A stretch of 63,719 nt of DNA, the filler included, from Hausera hauseri (Eukaryota), in the NCBI GenBank assembly GCA_046269625.1. It is 12 parts of 12 records of this genome, joined end to end, with 100 filler letters (N's around TTAATTAATTAA, not from the genome) between each part and the next. Parts side by side here need not be neighbours in the genome. Positions count along the whole stretch, not along the records: positions 1 to 7,239 come from JBJURY010028449.1; positions 7,340 to 11,805 come from JBJURY010567006.1; positions 11,906 to 16,500 come from JBJURY010512905.1; 9 more parts are not named here. One strand, 5' to 3'. Shown piece after piece: positions 1-12,520 of this stretch; position 1 is the first letter of the stretch, and each line of letters begins with the position of its first letter. The notes beneath the pieces are model-generated. The model made no database searches. It was not told where the DNA came from and saw nothing but the letters and a program-made list of their open reading frames with translations. The position numbers and the translations under genes are program-made.

Positions 1-40
1 CTTATTTACATATTTTCCGTCCTTTACATTATTAATCCTT

Positions 41-46
<6 letters not shown>

Positions 47-80
<34 letters not shown>
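47..80. repeat. (TA)n microsatellite
   Basis: Perfect TA dinucleotide run. Confidence 0.95.
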
Positions 81-81
<1 letters not shown>

Positions 82-1089
82 GATTCGTATAATAATCCAC
101 TGAGCGATGAACTCTTAACCAAACAATTATAAAAATGACAACGGTAATTTACCATAATAGTCTTTTGATTTCATTATATTCAGTAAAAAAATTTATTACT
201 TTCTACATTACCAATAACGTTATATCATGTACCTTTCAATTATTCTATAGATGTCGTATAAAGATAATAAATACTGTTATGCACTAAAAGTTATTATCGA
301 TAAGACCACAACCAAAATTGTCAATGTTACCATACGATATTACATAATTCAAATCAACACTCCTTTTTGTTATTAGAGGTGTCATTCCAGATGTGGAGTT
401 TAACCTTCTTTTTAACTTCTAATTGGCGGATCTGGATTATATCAAATAATCTGGCATCAACTGTTTTTCTATCCTTTGAAGTTCGTGGAAATTGTAGTCA
501 TTTATTTTTGCTAAAATATATACAAACCATCTCTTCCTTCATTTCAATAATTCGGTAAATTATCATAAAGAAAAATTTTATTCAAATTACAAAGTTTTAC
601 ATTAACTCATGACAAAACTCTATTATACGGCATATGGCAAATCGCAAACAGTGGTATTGAAATATAAACTCAAATTTACCATTAATTGTATCATGTACTT
701 TATCATAATTTATGTTTCGCTCAGCCATTTCCAAGTATACAATCAAGTTGGGCACAAATTAAAACAGGTACATCTAGTTGGACTGAGAAATTGATTTATA
801 ATCTCCAAAACAGGAACATTTGATTGAACTGAATGATTTAAAATCTATAATGCCCATCAAATAAATTTGATTCAAGAAATAAAATATTGTTAATACCTTT
901 AATCGTTGTAGTTTCGCTTTTCAGCCGCAACTAAATTGTATTTAATTTTTTGTGATTTATTGTGTGTTGTTCTTCAAATGTCGTCGGTTTATATACTGAT
1001 CGACAGTTCAATTTTCTAATTGTCAACATGAGCTCCTAAATATGTTATTTTTATTTTAAAATTCAATTTTACAATGTCAACACGTCGTT

Positions 1090-1290
1090 TTTGTTTTGAA
1101 AATCCATTTTCTCAATTGTATTTTGTTTACCTTTCAAATCCACTTAATTGCATTCTGTTTATCTTTCAAGTCCAACATATGTGGACATATACTGTTTCGA
1201 TTTCAAAAATCCATTCTCTTAATTGCAATGGTCTATATACTTTATTTACGTTTCCAAATTGCATTTTGTCTACATTTCAAACTAACAACA
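1090..1290. repeat. Diverged ~30-bp tandem repeat
   Basis: Recurring ttgcattttgtttac...ttcaaatcca units. Confidence 0.5.
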
Positions 1291-2989
1291 ATCGTGACCC
1301 CACCAGCTACCGCACAATAAGTTTGGTTAACAACGCACTAATACTATTCAGACATAATAAAAACGATCATCAAGGGTCTTACAATAATCAATCCATGAAA
1401 TAAAGAAATGAAACAAAAAATTGTGTAATCCAACAAAATGTAATTTATTAATCAAAACAATCAATAACGTATAATTTGTAGAACATGAATAATGTCGATA
1501 ATGTCAGTATCAATGTTTTGTAGTGTTGGATACTCTAACAGCACGACAGAATGTCGATAGACTGATCGTTAAGACCGTTCCAATATTCTCAATCATTTGA
1601 CGAGTCGTGTTTCTCAATAACCCTACCAATGATCGAAACGTAACATTTTGTTGGAACGTTACACATATCGATGACGCAGACTTTATCTTCATCCATCCTC
1701 AAAATGGTCGATTTTTAGCCAAAGAATCAATGACATGCCACGTCATTTTTTAAACGAGGAACGTATCGCGGTTTTTTGATATGAATTTGATTTGTGAAGT
1801 TTTCGATAAAGCCGAGCTTGTGAAATACCGAAATGAACTGCAAAAATGGGAAGATGAAAGAAACAGACAAAATGAAGAACTCACAATTACGGCGAGTACT
1901 AAACGAAATCCTGGTGAAAGAAAGCTTTCAAATAACATTGAAAAGATTCCTGATAGTCGGAAATCATCTTCTTCATCACATTTACCCTCTGTTTTGAAAT
2001 TTCCAATAAAGTGTAAAACTGTCTTTACAACAGTCTGCAGTATATGATTCGAAAACCAATGATTTGTGGTTTAAACCAAAAATACCAAAGCCATTCTTTT
2101 TACGTTCGGGAATTTCTGGCAGATGATGTCCAGTCGAAGAATTCCAGAAAGCTAATCCGGATAAAGTCCCAAAGCAAGCATTCAGTAAACCAGAAATGTG
2201 GGCAATGTCGCGACTATGACAATATTCGAAACGGAATCGGATTGCACTAGTGAGTTGATTTATCTAATTGTTAAAATACCACCGAATTATCCTGGAATTA
2301 TGGAAGAAATCATATTTCTGTAATAAATAATGAAATATTCGAGAAGAATAATGCATTATTTTTTACAAAATGTACATTAAAATTATGTTACAATGAAATT
2401 CCTCATACAACCTGTAATTTAAGCGCATCAAGGACAAAGGTAACATACACTGGAATGAAATTTTTTCTGGATAGTGAATGCGTGAGATACAATAAAGGAC
2501 TTGACAACGTCAGACATCAACTGAGCTGGAGTTGCAGGACGTTTTTTCTGGCGTTTGATCCACCGTTCATGCAACCAGAATCTCATCACGCCTTTTTTTC
2601 GACCGCGGCACCGGTAACACTATACCCCTAGCATGACACCTTTTTCCTATTCTCCTTTTTCTTCAAAATCGACACATTTAGAGGCATTACACGCACTCTA
2701 TGGCAACAGTTGCAGATTTGTCTAGCGAGATAACTCATCGAATTAACTTTAAAAACTTTATACTAAGCATAAACATGTACCATATACATTATTCTGATTT
2801 AGTATCATCCTTTTTATCCCCACCTTCATTCCTAATAATTACTTTATGGCCTTGCCTATTCGGTGGTTTCGACACTAAATCATCACTAAACGATTCTCAG
2901 GAACTAACCTATGTTCCCACCATACACGTTCCTCTCAAACAGCCCCATTTAGTTTTGCCTGCAGCATCCTTGTTAGTCCATTTCCGCAG

Positions 2990-4085
2990 CGTTAACTATT
3001 TTACTGCTAAACAACATTCCAGTTGCACATGGCTGGAACTCCATGCACAATGGCTAAGATGAAATAAAATCACCGACCTTTTCTTCAAGGCAAATAGCCT
3101 ATTAATCCTTTTACGACCTAGTTTTGTCACTACTTTCAAACCTTTCCGAAATTTTTTAAACCGCAGACCATACGAAACACTCTTTAATGCCGTTTTAAAA
3201 CTCACCGAGCCCTCTCCGTATAACATTATCCAAAAATATTTTAACGACAATTCAATAGGAAATCAAAAACCCTCCGAATTTTTGCAAACATCTTTGACCC
3301 AGTTAAACAATTTAGTAGTGAATCAGACAAACAATGCCGATTTATTAAGTATATATTTCCTCCAATCGTTGCCGAAAGAAATACGAGCTTTACTAACCGT
3401 CGTTGAAGATACCGCAACGCTAGAAAACCTAGCACAGCTGGCTGATAAAAGCAACGAAATATTACACACACAATAACCCAATTGTTGCAGCTACATTACA
3501 ATCGTCCATAACACAACCTAATGCAGAAATCTTGGCGGTCAATAACCAAATAAACGCTCGCCGCGCTGAAAACACTGCGATACACCAAGCCATTTCTCCT
3601 TTAACATGTAAATTAGACGTCTTATCCACACCACGACGAGATCGATTTGCGACAGATCGTAGCCGCGCTTCATCGCACAATTCGAGATCCACTAGGTTGC
3701 CTGCTCGACCTATGGTGTGCTCTTATCACACTAAATTTAAAAACCAATCTAACAAATGTTGCTTAGGGTGAAAATTCTTTACACCCGCTTTTCAAAAATA
3801 TGATATTATTTGTATCTACCACGATAGGTTCAGCAATAAAGCCCGAAACTGCATCGAAGTTTGCACGTTTTCGAATAGATCTAACAATTTCCTTCGTAAA
3901 TCATCCCACTCCCCAAATCTTTCCATCCAAAACAACTGACAAAGCCGCCAGATATTGCGGCGAAAGCTGGAAAAGGCTACTCTCGTCATGGCAACAGCCG
4001 CACGAATGCTGTCTTTATATTAAATGCCTTAATTTTTACCAAGCCTAATCAGTCAATCAATTTTCTAATAGATGCTGGAACTCCG
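2990..4085 (+). pseudogene. gag: Degraded Ty3/gypsy gag-protease relic
   Basis: Frameshifted pieces FLQSLPKEIRALL...LENLAQLADK, two C-x2-H-x2-F...C knuckle-like motifs (VCSYHTKF, ICIYHDRF) and a FLIDAG protease-like remnant near 4060-4080. Confidence 0.65.
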
Positions 4086-5479
4086 CCCACTTTCACCAAG
4101 CCGTCAACAGGCAGTACAAGCGGAATTCTCTGCACTCGAGAAAGCTGGCATAATAAAACGCTGAAAATCACCGTGGACATCAGCACTCCACGGCGTCCCC
4201 AAAAAGAATATGGCGAACCACGCTTCAACAGACTTCTTCGAGAAGAAATTGATGCCAAAAGAATTCCAGAAAGGTGACAACGTGGATACCGTTATTGGAA
4301 AATGCGAGAGATACTTCGACTTTATAAAGATGTCGGAGTCGGATCGGGAAACCGCGGTCCTGTGCCTATTGCAATTTACTAGAAAATAGCAGTAGAAAAT
4401 TTGTTTCTAATATTATTTGTATTTAATCCATCGAAATATACTTTTAAATGGTGTTGTTTAATTTTATATAATTCTCTCAATTTTGTCGTGTAGTTGTAAG
4501 CAAAAGAAGAATTTATATTTTACGAAAATCGCCCGTTTCGGAAACTATTGGAATTTCGTTGGTGAAACAAAATCTAAGCTTTTTTGTCATATATTTAATA
4601 AACCTCAATGAACGTTCTCGTAAATTTTCAATCAATTTAGTTTGTCGTATTTTGGAGTGTTCCTTGTTAGTAGAGTGAATTGTACATTTGGTGCCATGGA
4701 TAAATTGAGCAAAAGCTTGATAAAAATTAAATCAATGAAGAAATTTTATTTTCACTTAAACAATTTGCAGTATTGTTATCAGGTTACTAAAAAATGCAAA
4801 TGGTACCAAAAATTATTCACTGCATTTGTTTTATACGATGAAGCCATTTGCCTGTCATGCATCAAACATGGAACTCACTGAAAATACGGCTTTAATTGTT
4901 TCATAACTGCCAGAAAACCTTCTCTGTCTGTTATATATTTTGGAATTCTTTAATGTTTAGAGAAGAATGTATTGTCCAATATTTTCGATTGTAGGTGGGA
5001 AATCATAATGAAATTATTTATTTAAAATTATTTTCCCAGTTGAAAATTGATCAGTAAAATGATAATTCCATTGTTAGAGTTTAGTGGATTCCTCACTACA
5101 TGCACACAAAGTTCTAAATACACACACGAAATTACTACATTAATATATCGTCAAAATATACAAAAAATATTAAGCTTAATTATACAACTTTGACATATTT
5201 ATAATTGCATTATGTCAATGCGCAGTTCGAATGTATTTAATTTTTGGTTTCATGTTGGAGATTTCACAAAATTCTAAATGCAAATTAAAGAAAAACGTCG
5301 ATTGATAACATTAAAAATCAACAAAACACGGAGTCACGCGGTATATATCAAATAATGAAATTAATGGGCAAAGGTTAATTAAATTTTGTTTAAATAATGG
5401 TAAAGTGAGAAAATTTGAAAAATATTTTTGGTATAATTTTCATTTTATCGTCATTATTTTTATATGCGTCATCTTGAAA

Positions 5480-6646
5480 ATGGAACCATCGGACAATTTT
5501 AAAGTCATCGAATTGGAAATGTTGAACAAATATTTTTTCTTTCATTTGGCCGGTGTCAGTTTATTTACCGTCCACGGCATTTTGTATCTGATAAATCTGA
5601 TCAGGACGAGACTGGTGATGCAGCAAAGTCATCAGTTGTACAGTGGAATGATTGATGGCGCCAAATCGATTGTGGCTAAAGAAGGATGGAGAGGACTTTA
5701 CAATGGGTTTTTTGTTAAATCTATTCAGTTGTTGTCTGGTTTGTGTTTTTCCATCATGTTTTTTTGTTTAATAATTTTTTAGATTAAATATTACTAATTT
5801 ATTAATTATTCAATTGAAATGCATCTGCCATTTAGGTACAGCGTACGTGGCAACTTATGAGTCCATGCGACTCCATCTTAGTCATTTCAATATCAGTACT
5901 CATATGAGATCTTTCTTTGCTGGCGGATTGGCATCAGCAGTTGGACAAACTCTCGTCGTACCTGTCGACGTTGTGTCTCAACATCTTATGATACTTAACA
6001 ACAAAGATAAATCCGTCGGCTGTCTCAGTTCAGTACGACTTACTGATATCGAGTTACGAACACCATTGAGTCGATTCAAGGCGGTTTGTCGACACATTTG
6101 TCGTGATTATGGACTCCGTGGGTTCTACAAAGGTTATTGCATCTCCATGGTGACATTTGTACCGAACAGTGCTCTTTGGTGGGGTTTCTACAATTTCTAT
6201 TGTGGTTAGGTTGTTGCTGTTATTTGGAAATCCTTTAATCGTTATGGTATTCATTCAGATAACATATCCAGTCTTCGTCCTGCTGGCGACATTCCTCGTT
6301 TGTTGATTCAGTTGCTTTCTGCTCCAATGAGTGGTGCTACAGCAGCTTTGTTGATGAATCCTGTGGATTGTGTACGTATGCGGATGCAGGTGATAATTTC
6401 CCGAATATGACCTTAGCAACAGCGCAATTTCATCAAATTCCCGTTCAGGTGAGAAACACTCGTTTGTTGAAGACAATGAGAGATTTGTGGGAAGAAGAAA
6501 AGTGGAGATTCCTTACCAAAGGTCTGTCTGCCCGACTTACGCAATCAGTAACATACTCATTCTGGATCATTTTGGCATATGAACCAATCAAATATTTCTG
6601 TCTGAAGGACGAATACAAATCATACATTACGAATCAGCATCGATAA
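5480..6646 (+). CDS. SLC25A44: Mitochondrial carrier SLC25A44-like; exons 5480-5738, 5836-6204, 6259-6389, 6449-6646 (318 aa)
   Basis: GT-AG introns of 97, 54 and 59 nt join to a 957-nt open frame. Carrier signatures PVDVVSQHLM and PVDCVRMRMQ, EGWRGLYNGF, GLRGFYKGY, PNSALWW, TKGLSARL, and an N-terminal IELEMLNKYFF segment typical of SLC25A44. Confidence 0.9.
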
Positions 6647-7038
6647 AATGACGAATGTTTTTTCTCTTTGGGCACCTCCTATTTTCACAGATTTTGCTTT
6701 TGTCTTCGTCTTATTTACTGATTTTTCTTGGGGGGACCTTTCGATTTTGATGGGGCTCTTTTTGTATTGCGTCGAATTGTCGCTAGTCATGTTGATGAAA
6801 TTTTCTGACGGAATTACGTACCCGAATATCGGGGGGTTGGTTTAGACAGATAATAAATTCTATTTGCGGCGGTTCTTCTACGCGGAATTCTGTGTAAAAT
6901 ATAAACACATTTTATGGGTATGTTTCGTTGTCTAGGACGGTTGCTATGTGGGTTACTGTGGAAATTGTCGTTAAGGAGATTTTAGTAAACTAGCAGGGGA
7001 AAAATGGCGGTTTGGTTCCACCCGCCCGGGGGTGTGCG

Positions 7039-7178
7039 AATCGATATTGCACACTGTGCACTATCGATCCATAAAGTGCATAGCAACGGTGTTGCTATGC
7101 ACTGTTGCTAAGGGCACTTTTTACTTATCGATCGGGACGAAATGCTAATCGATTGGTGCACATGTGCAAAAATCAATA
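7039..7178. repeat. Palindromic MITE-like element
   Basis: atcgatattgcacactgtgcactatcgat pairs imperfectly with atcgattggtgcacatgtgcaaaaatcaat, with an internal palindrome gtgcatagcaac..gttgctatgcac. Confidence 0.45.
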
Positions 7179-7239
7179 ATATCGGATTTTCGAGTTTTCA
7201 AAAATCGATCTTTGGGGCTCGAGACCGGGTGCAATCGGT

Positions 7240-7339
7240 NNNNNNNNNNNNNNNNNNNNNNNNNNNNNNNNNNNNNNNNNNNNTTAATTAATTAANNNNN
7301 NNNNNNNNNNNNNNNNNNNNNNNNNNNNNNNNNNNNNNN
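7240..7339. other. Artificial contig linker (N44-TTAATTAATTAA-N44). The same linker occurs at 11806-11905, 16501-16600, 21058-21157, 25388-25487, 36527-36626, 40912-41011, 45550-45649, 49737-49836, 53861-53960 and 58104-58203
   Basis: Eleven identical 100-nt spacers carrying stops in all six frames. Confidence 0.99.
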
Positions 7340-7439
7340 ACTGGAGGCTTTTGTCTTGTCTTTGCCAGGTTTGAGTAAGATAAGATTTTTATTTAACTAG
7401 GGTTGAGAACAGTATTGCCTGTTTACATTTCTGCTCTGG

Positions 7440-7680
7440 GGGTAGATTTTTCCTTGAATGTTTTCCCAGATGGCGGCCATTAGGCCTACTCTTTTTCGAT
7501 TTTCAACTGCCAAGGGATTTTTAACGTGCACGAGAATGTACACGGACGTCCGATCTCACTACCCAGAGATCAGGGGAAGTTTTTACTAGAAGGTCCAGGA
7601 GAAAAAAATCCCAAGTGCTTCCACCGGGATTCGAACCCCGTACCTCTAGCACTCGAGGCGGACGTCCCACCTTGAACACA
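7440..7680 (-). mobile_element. tRNA-derived SINE (possible Meta-type core)
   Basis: Minus-strand B-box GGTTCGAATCC near 7627-7638, followed by GCACGTTAAAAATCCC...TCGAAAAAGAGTAGG, which resembles a conserved SINE core as I recall it. Confidence 0.55.
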
Positions 7681-8499
7681 TGAAAAGACGTAAGGATTTT
7701 GGATCAAATTGTATTAATCCGTCATGTTCTTACAGTGGCATGAGTTTTATTTTCAAATTCAGAAGATTCGGCCACGAAATAGGCTGCCCAAGAGGACGGC
7801 ATCCACAACTTTCTGATTTTCAAATGAAGTAACAAGAAAGATAAACAAGAAAAAAATGTTATTTCTCTGTGCATTTTGTTATTTCTCTGTGCATTTCTCT
7901 GTGCAATAGTTATTTCTCTGTGCATATACGATTTCTTGGTAAAATCTTATATTTGTGAGAAGCATTTTAAAAATGAAATGTCAGTGATATTTTGTCCCCA
8001 CTGATTGCTTGTATGCAGGGTTTGTAGAAAGATAGTAGTGTTCCAAAGAAGTGTGTGGCTGTGCTGTTTAGCTTCGTCACATTGTTAGTCACATTTATTT
8101 AATAATGTGTCTGTGTGTTTTTTCTATTGTTTGTTTTTATTTAAAAAAATTGTATTGCTCAACGGGGACTACACAGCGTACGTGGCTGCCAGAGCCGCAG
8201 TACTCTGCCTTTCAGTCATCCTTCAGCAATATGAGAAGCCACTTATGGGTAAGCATGATGCTAAGGACAGCGCCAAGTAAACGCCGCCAGGTCACAAGCC
8301 TCAAGCTTTAGATAAACGCGGGCAAATGTTCTTGATTTGAGTCGCTTCATCTTAGCCAAATTGTTATGTAATATGAGTTTTGTGTAATTGTTATGTAATA
8401 CTTTATAAGTGTGAGTGACGTCAGTTCGTGGGTTGTAAGGGGAGACATTTTTTTTTCCTTTTGCTGAATTTATTTTTTATGTAAAAGTATTTTATAAAG

Positions 8500-9410
8500 A
8501 TATGTGAGTGTGGTGCATATAGGGAGCCAGTTGGGTCATGGCAGTGTCATCGTTTCTGTTAAGGTTGGGTATCATAAGGGCACTTGGGGTTTTATAGTGT
8601 CACGGCAGGGTCACATTTTCTGTTAAGGCTGGTCTTCATAAGTGTGCTGAGAGGGATTCCCTTCTTCTTTCTCATGTATGCTTATGGAAGCCTGTTGGGG
8701 CATGGCAGGATCATATTTCCTGTTAAATTTGGGTATCATAAGGTCGCTGGGGTGGTTTAGCCACGGCGGGGTTATATTTTCTGATAAAGTTGGTCCTCAT
8801 AAAGTTTTTGGGAGTAATTTAAGTCGTCTTATTCATACATGCTTATAGGAGCCTGTTGGATCATATTTCGGTCATATTTTCTGTTGAAAATGGTCTTCAT
8901 AAGATTGATGGAGGTGGTTTATGTCGTCATCTTCGTGTTTATGCATTCTTATGAGAGCTTATTTTGTTGTGGCAGGGTCATATTTTTGATCATCATAAGG
9001 GTGCTGGACATCATAAAATCATGAGGGTGCTGGAGGTGGTTTAGGTCTTCTGCTTCGAGATGTTGTGGCATGTTTTTTCGGGGATCATCATCATGTTCAT
9101 GTCGTACAAGGACAGGGAATTTAATAGCGCTGTTAGGAGTATTAGTCATAGCAGATCCACGTTCGTATAAGGAAGGGGAAGATAGCTGCGTTGATAGGTT
9201 AATCATCACAGCAGGTGACCTGACAAGTAAGGAATTGGCATTTAGCTACGTTGTCAGGTTAGCCATTATCATCTTGTGTCCTGTTGTTAGGGGTATTAGT
9301 CAGCATCATCACTATCCTGTCGTATAAGGAAGGGGGTATTAGGGATATTAGTCATCATCTCGTTCCCTGTTTTGTAAGGAAGGAGAAGAGATAGCAACGT
9401 TGCTAGGTGT
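8500..9410. repeat. Diverged minisatellite-like tandem repeats
   Basis: Repeated catggcagggtcatatttt.ctgttaagg..gg..tcataag units, then repeated gttaggggtattagtcat...taaggaagg units. Confidence 0.55.
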
Positions 9411-9439
9411 TAGTTATCTGGATTTTACAAGCATCATCT

Positions 9440-11340
9440 CTTTCATGTCGGCCATTTTTTCAGGTCGATAACTTTTCATGTCGACCATTTTAGTCATGTT
9501 GGCCAATTTTCTGTATTGTCAGCCATTTTTTTCATGTCGGTAACTATTTATGTTGACAGCTTCTCATTTTGGCAATTTTTCATGTCAACAACTTTTGATA
9601 TTGGCAACTTTTCACGTCGACAAATTATCATTTTGACACTGACATCAAGATTTTATGCAGGCAATTTCATGGCTTCAACTTTTCATGCCAATTTTTCAAG
9701 ACATCAACTTCTCAAAATGCCAGTTTTTCATGAAATTAATATTTCATATTCGAAATTTTTAATGTCGACAGCTTTTCATGTCGACCATTTTTGTGTTATT
9801 GGTCATTTATTTTGTCATGTTGGTCATTTTTTTAGGTCGACAACTTTTTACGTTGACCATTTTTATCATTTTGGCCATTTTTATGTCATGTCAGCTATTT
9901 TCTTTTCATGTCGGTAACATTTCATGTCGACAGCTTTTCATATTGGCAATTTTTAATGTCGATAATTTTTCATGTCTGCAATTATTCATGACTTTAACTT
10001 TTCATGCCAATATTTTTTATGACAGCAACTTTTCATAATGGCAGTTTTTCATGACATCAACTTTCCATGTTCAGAATTTTTAATGTCGAGACCTTTTCAT
10101 GTCAACAGTTTTTTCATGACAACTTTTCATTTTGGCAACATTCCATGTCGACAACATTTAATTTTGGCAAGTTTTCATGTCAACAAGTTTAATATCGGCA
10201 AGTTTTCATGTTGACTACTTTCATAACGACAACTTGTTTTGACATGTTTATCTGTAGCCATGTTCAATCCTTCCAAAGTTGGCCAGAATTTCTTGTTTCC
10301 AGGATTACCGCCAATTGCTTTTAAGCAACAACATATTAAACAACAATCAAGAGATAGGAACAATACTGTTATTGTAAGATTATAATGATTGCCATATGAT
10401 TGCAGTTGAAACTAGCCAGCGAAAAAGCATTGTAATTCTGTGACTCAAAGATTTCTGAGATTGGTTTTTGTATCTGCGATAAGTTCTTGTGTCATCATCA
10501 GGTGGTGCTCAATACATGAAGGTCGATATTTCGCAGTTACTCTGCCATAAAATGGTAAACTGACAGCGATTACATGAAAAAGGGGTCAAAGGCAAGGTGA
10601 CAAAAGTCCCGTGACAAAGGACGCACGATAAAGAAAATACAAACGCAAAAAATCTTTAAATGTTGCCGTTTCTAATTTCTATTTTCTTCCTTTTTCCCTT
10701 TTAGGTTAGAATCTTTTCTCTGAATTTTATGTTCCTTTTTCCGCAATTTTAACAGTTTTTGCGATTCTATTTTTGCCACTTTATTTTGACCTATGGCCTT
10801 TCCCCATCACGTGATCGTTGACATGTGACCTTTATCAGGCTTTACCTGAGTAACCGCGCAATATCGACCTCCTTACGTTGAGCAACACCTGATGATGACA
10901 CAAGAACTTCTCGCTGATACAAAAACCAATCTCAGAAATCTTTGAGTCACAGAATTACAATGCTTTTTCGCTGGCTAGTTTCACTTTCAACCATAAGATA
11001 AATATTATAATCTTACAATAACAGTGTTTCCCCTATCTCTTGGACGTGTTTACAATGTTGTCGCTTAATAGCAAATGGAAATAATCCTAGAAGCAAGGAA
11101 TTCTTGCCAACCTTGGAAGGATCTAGCATTGCTCCAGATAAACATGTCAAAACAAGTTGTTGATATGACAGTTGTTGACTTGCAAACTAGCTGAAATGAA
11201 AGTTGTCGACATGAATGTTTTCATCATGAAAACTTGCTGATATGAAAGTTGTCGACATTAAAACCTGCCAAAACGAAACGTTGTCGACATTAAAATCTGC
11301 CAAAATGAAATGTTGTCGATATGTAAAGTTGCGAAAATTA
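9440..11340. mobile_element. Foldback-like element: ~15-bp tandem arrays plus ~310-bp inverted repeats (10230-10541 / 10848-11165) around a ~300-bp spacer
   Basis: Left array of tttcatgtcgacaat-like units and right array of its reverse complement atgaaagttgtcgac. The inner arms are reverse complements, e.g. gaaaaagcattgtaattctgtgactcaaagatttctgag / ctcagaaatctttgagtcacagaattacaatgctttttc. Confidence 0.8.
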
Positions 11341-11343
11341 AAC

Positions 11344-11805
11344 TTTTTTTTAATCCCTGCGACCCCTTTGTGTAGCTTAGGTCGTCTACAAGAGCTCTCC
11401 AACCTTTCCTGTCCTGAGCCTTCCTTTCTATTTAGTTCCAGGTGTAGCCCAATTTGTTTTCTATCTGTCTCTAAGATTCTGCACCTGGTATTTCTTGGTC
11501 TTCCTACATTTCTGCTTCCCTGGAGATTCCAGGTTAGTGCCTCTCTAGTGCAATTTCTAGTGGGTTTTCGCAGTGTATAGCCTATCCATCTCCAGCGTCT
11601 TCTTGCAATATCTTCATCAACTGGGTGTTGGGTTGTTTTCCGCCAAAGGTCAGGGTTGATATTGTCAGGCCAGTGAATATTTAGTATCTTTCTCAAACAG
11701 GTGTTTATGGAGGTCTGCAGTTTCTTTGTGTCATTTTCCACGTTTCTGCTCCATACAGCAGGACTGCTTTCACGTTGCTGTTGAATATACGTATTTTAGT
11801 TTGAA
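11344..11805 (-). mobile_element. RTE-clade non-LTR retrotransposon, 3' fragment (RT C-terminus)
   Basis: IFNSNVKAVLLYGAETW, CLRKILNIHWP, RRWRWIGYTLRK...ALTWNLQGSRNVGRPRNT, then a short A-tail near 11344-11351. Confidence 0.85.
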
Positions 11806-12520
11806 NNNNNNNNNNNNNNNNNNNNNNNNNNNNNNNNNNNNNNNNNNNNTTAATTAATTAANNNNNNNNNNNNNNNNNNNNNNNNNNNNNNNNNNNNNNN
11901 NNNNNCATCGGTAAATTTCCGAATTTCACTTTCAATGGACTGTTCCATTTTATTAGTAGTAGTAGTATAAAAAAGTATGGGGAATAAATGTTTATAACAG
12001 AGTAAGGCAATTTTCACAGACCATTGGGTTTGTGTTCAATGTATTTTAATTTTATTTATAATTTTAATCTATTTTAAATGTTAATATGCTGAAATATAGA
12101 AATGTAAGCAATATTCCATGTATTACATCTCGCGCATACATGTGAAGCAGGAGCAGTGCCATCAGCAGATGGTTAAATATTACTCCGTTGGCACGGACTG
12201 ATTTGTGCCCAACGTGCGGTAGTATTTTGGCCCCTTGTCCATACCCCGACTTTTATGTAATGCACAAGCATCATCTTGGCCCGTTTATGCGTGCAAAGGT
12301 GATGGTTGTGCATTGCCCCACATACCTGCGCTACTGTAGTAGTAGAGTGCATGACGTTGATGGTTGCCAGTGTAATGGAACAGTACTATGGCGCCACAAA
12401 GGTGTACGGTAAACGGTCCTACGTTTGTTCCGGGTCTATACTTGATTAAATCAACTATGAACAATTTTATAACTAACACAATGACCGCTTAACCAGCTTC
12501 AGCGGTCCAAAAATGAAATA

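Noticed and set aside
1750-2340. Charged ORF fragments
   Set aside because: No recognisable motif or consistent exon structure.
7600-7670. tRNA gene suggested by the GTTCGAATCC B-box
   Set aside because: No complete cloverleaf or A-box, and the downstream body is SINE-like.
9516-10038. Phe/His-rich ORFs
   Set aside because: Translation artefacts of the 15-bp tandem array.
9440-10230. Regular short repeats as a possible CRISPR array
   Set aside because: Degenerate ~15-bp tandem units with no unique spacers, no cas genes, and a eukaryotic context.
10885-10945. CTGATGA...GAAA hammerhead-like core (also CTGACGA near 54215 on the minus strand)
   Set aside because: No convincing stem II closing between the core motifs; better explained as parts of inverted repeats.
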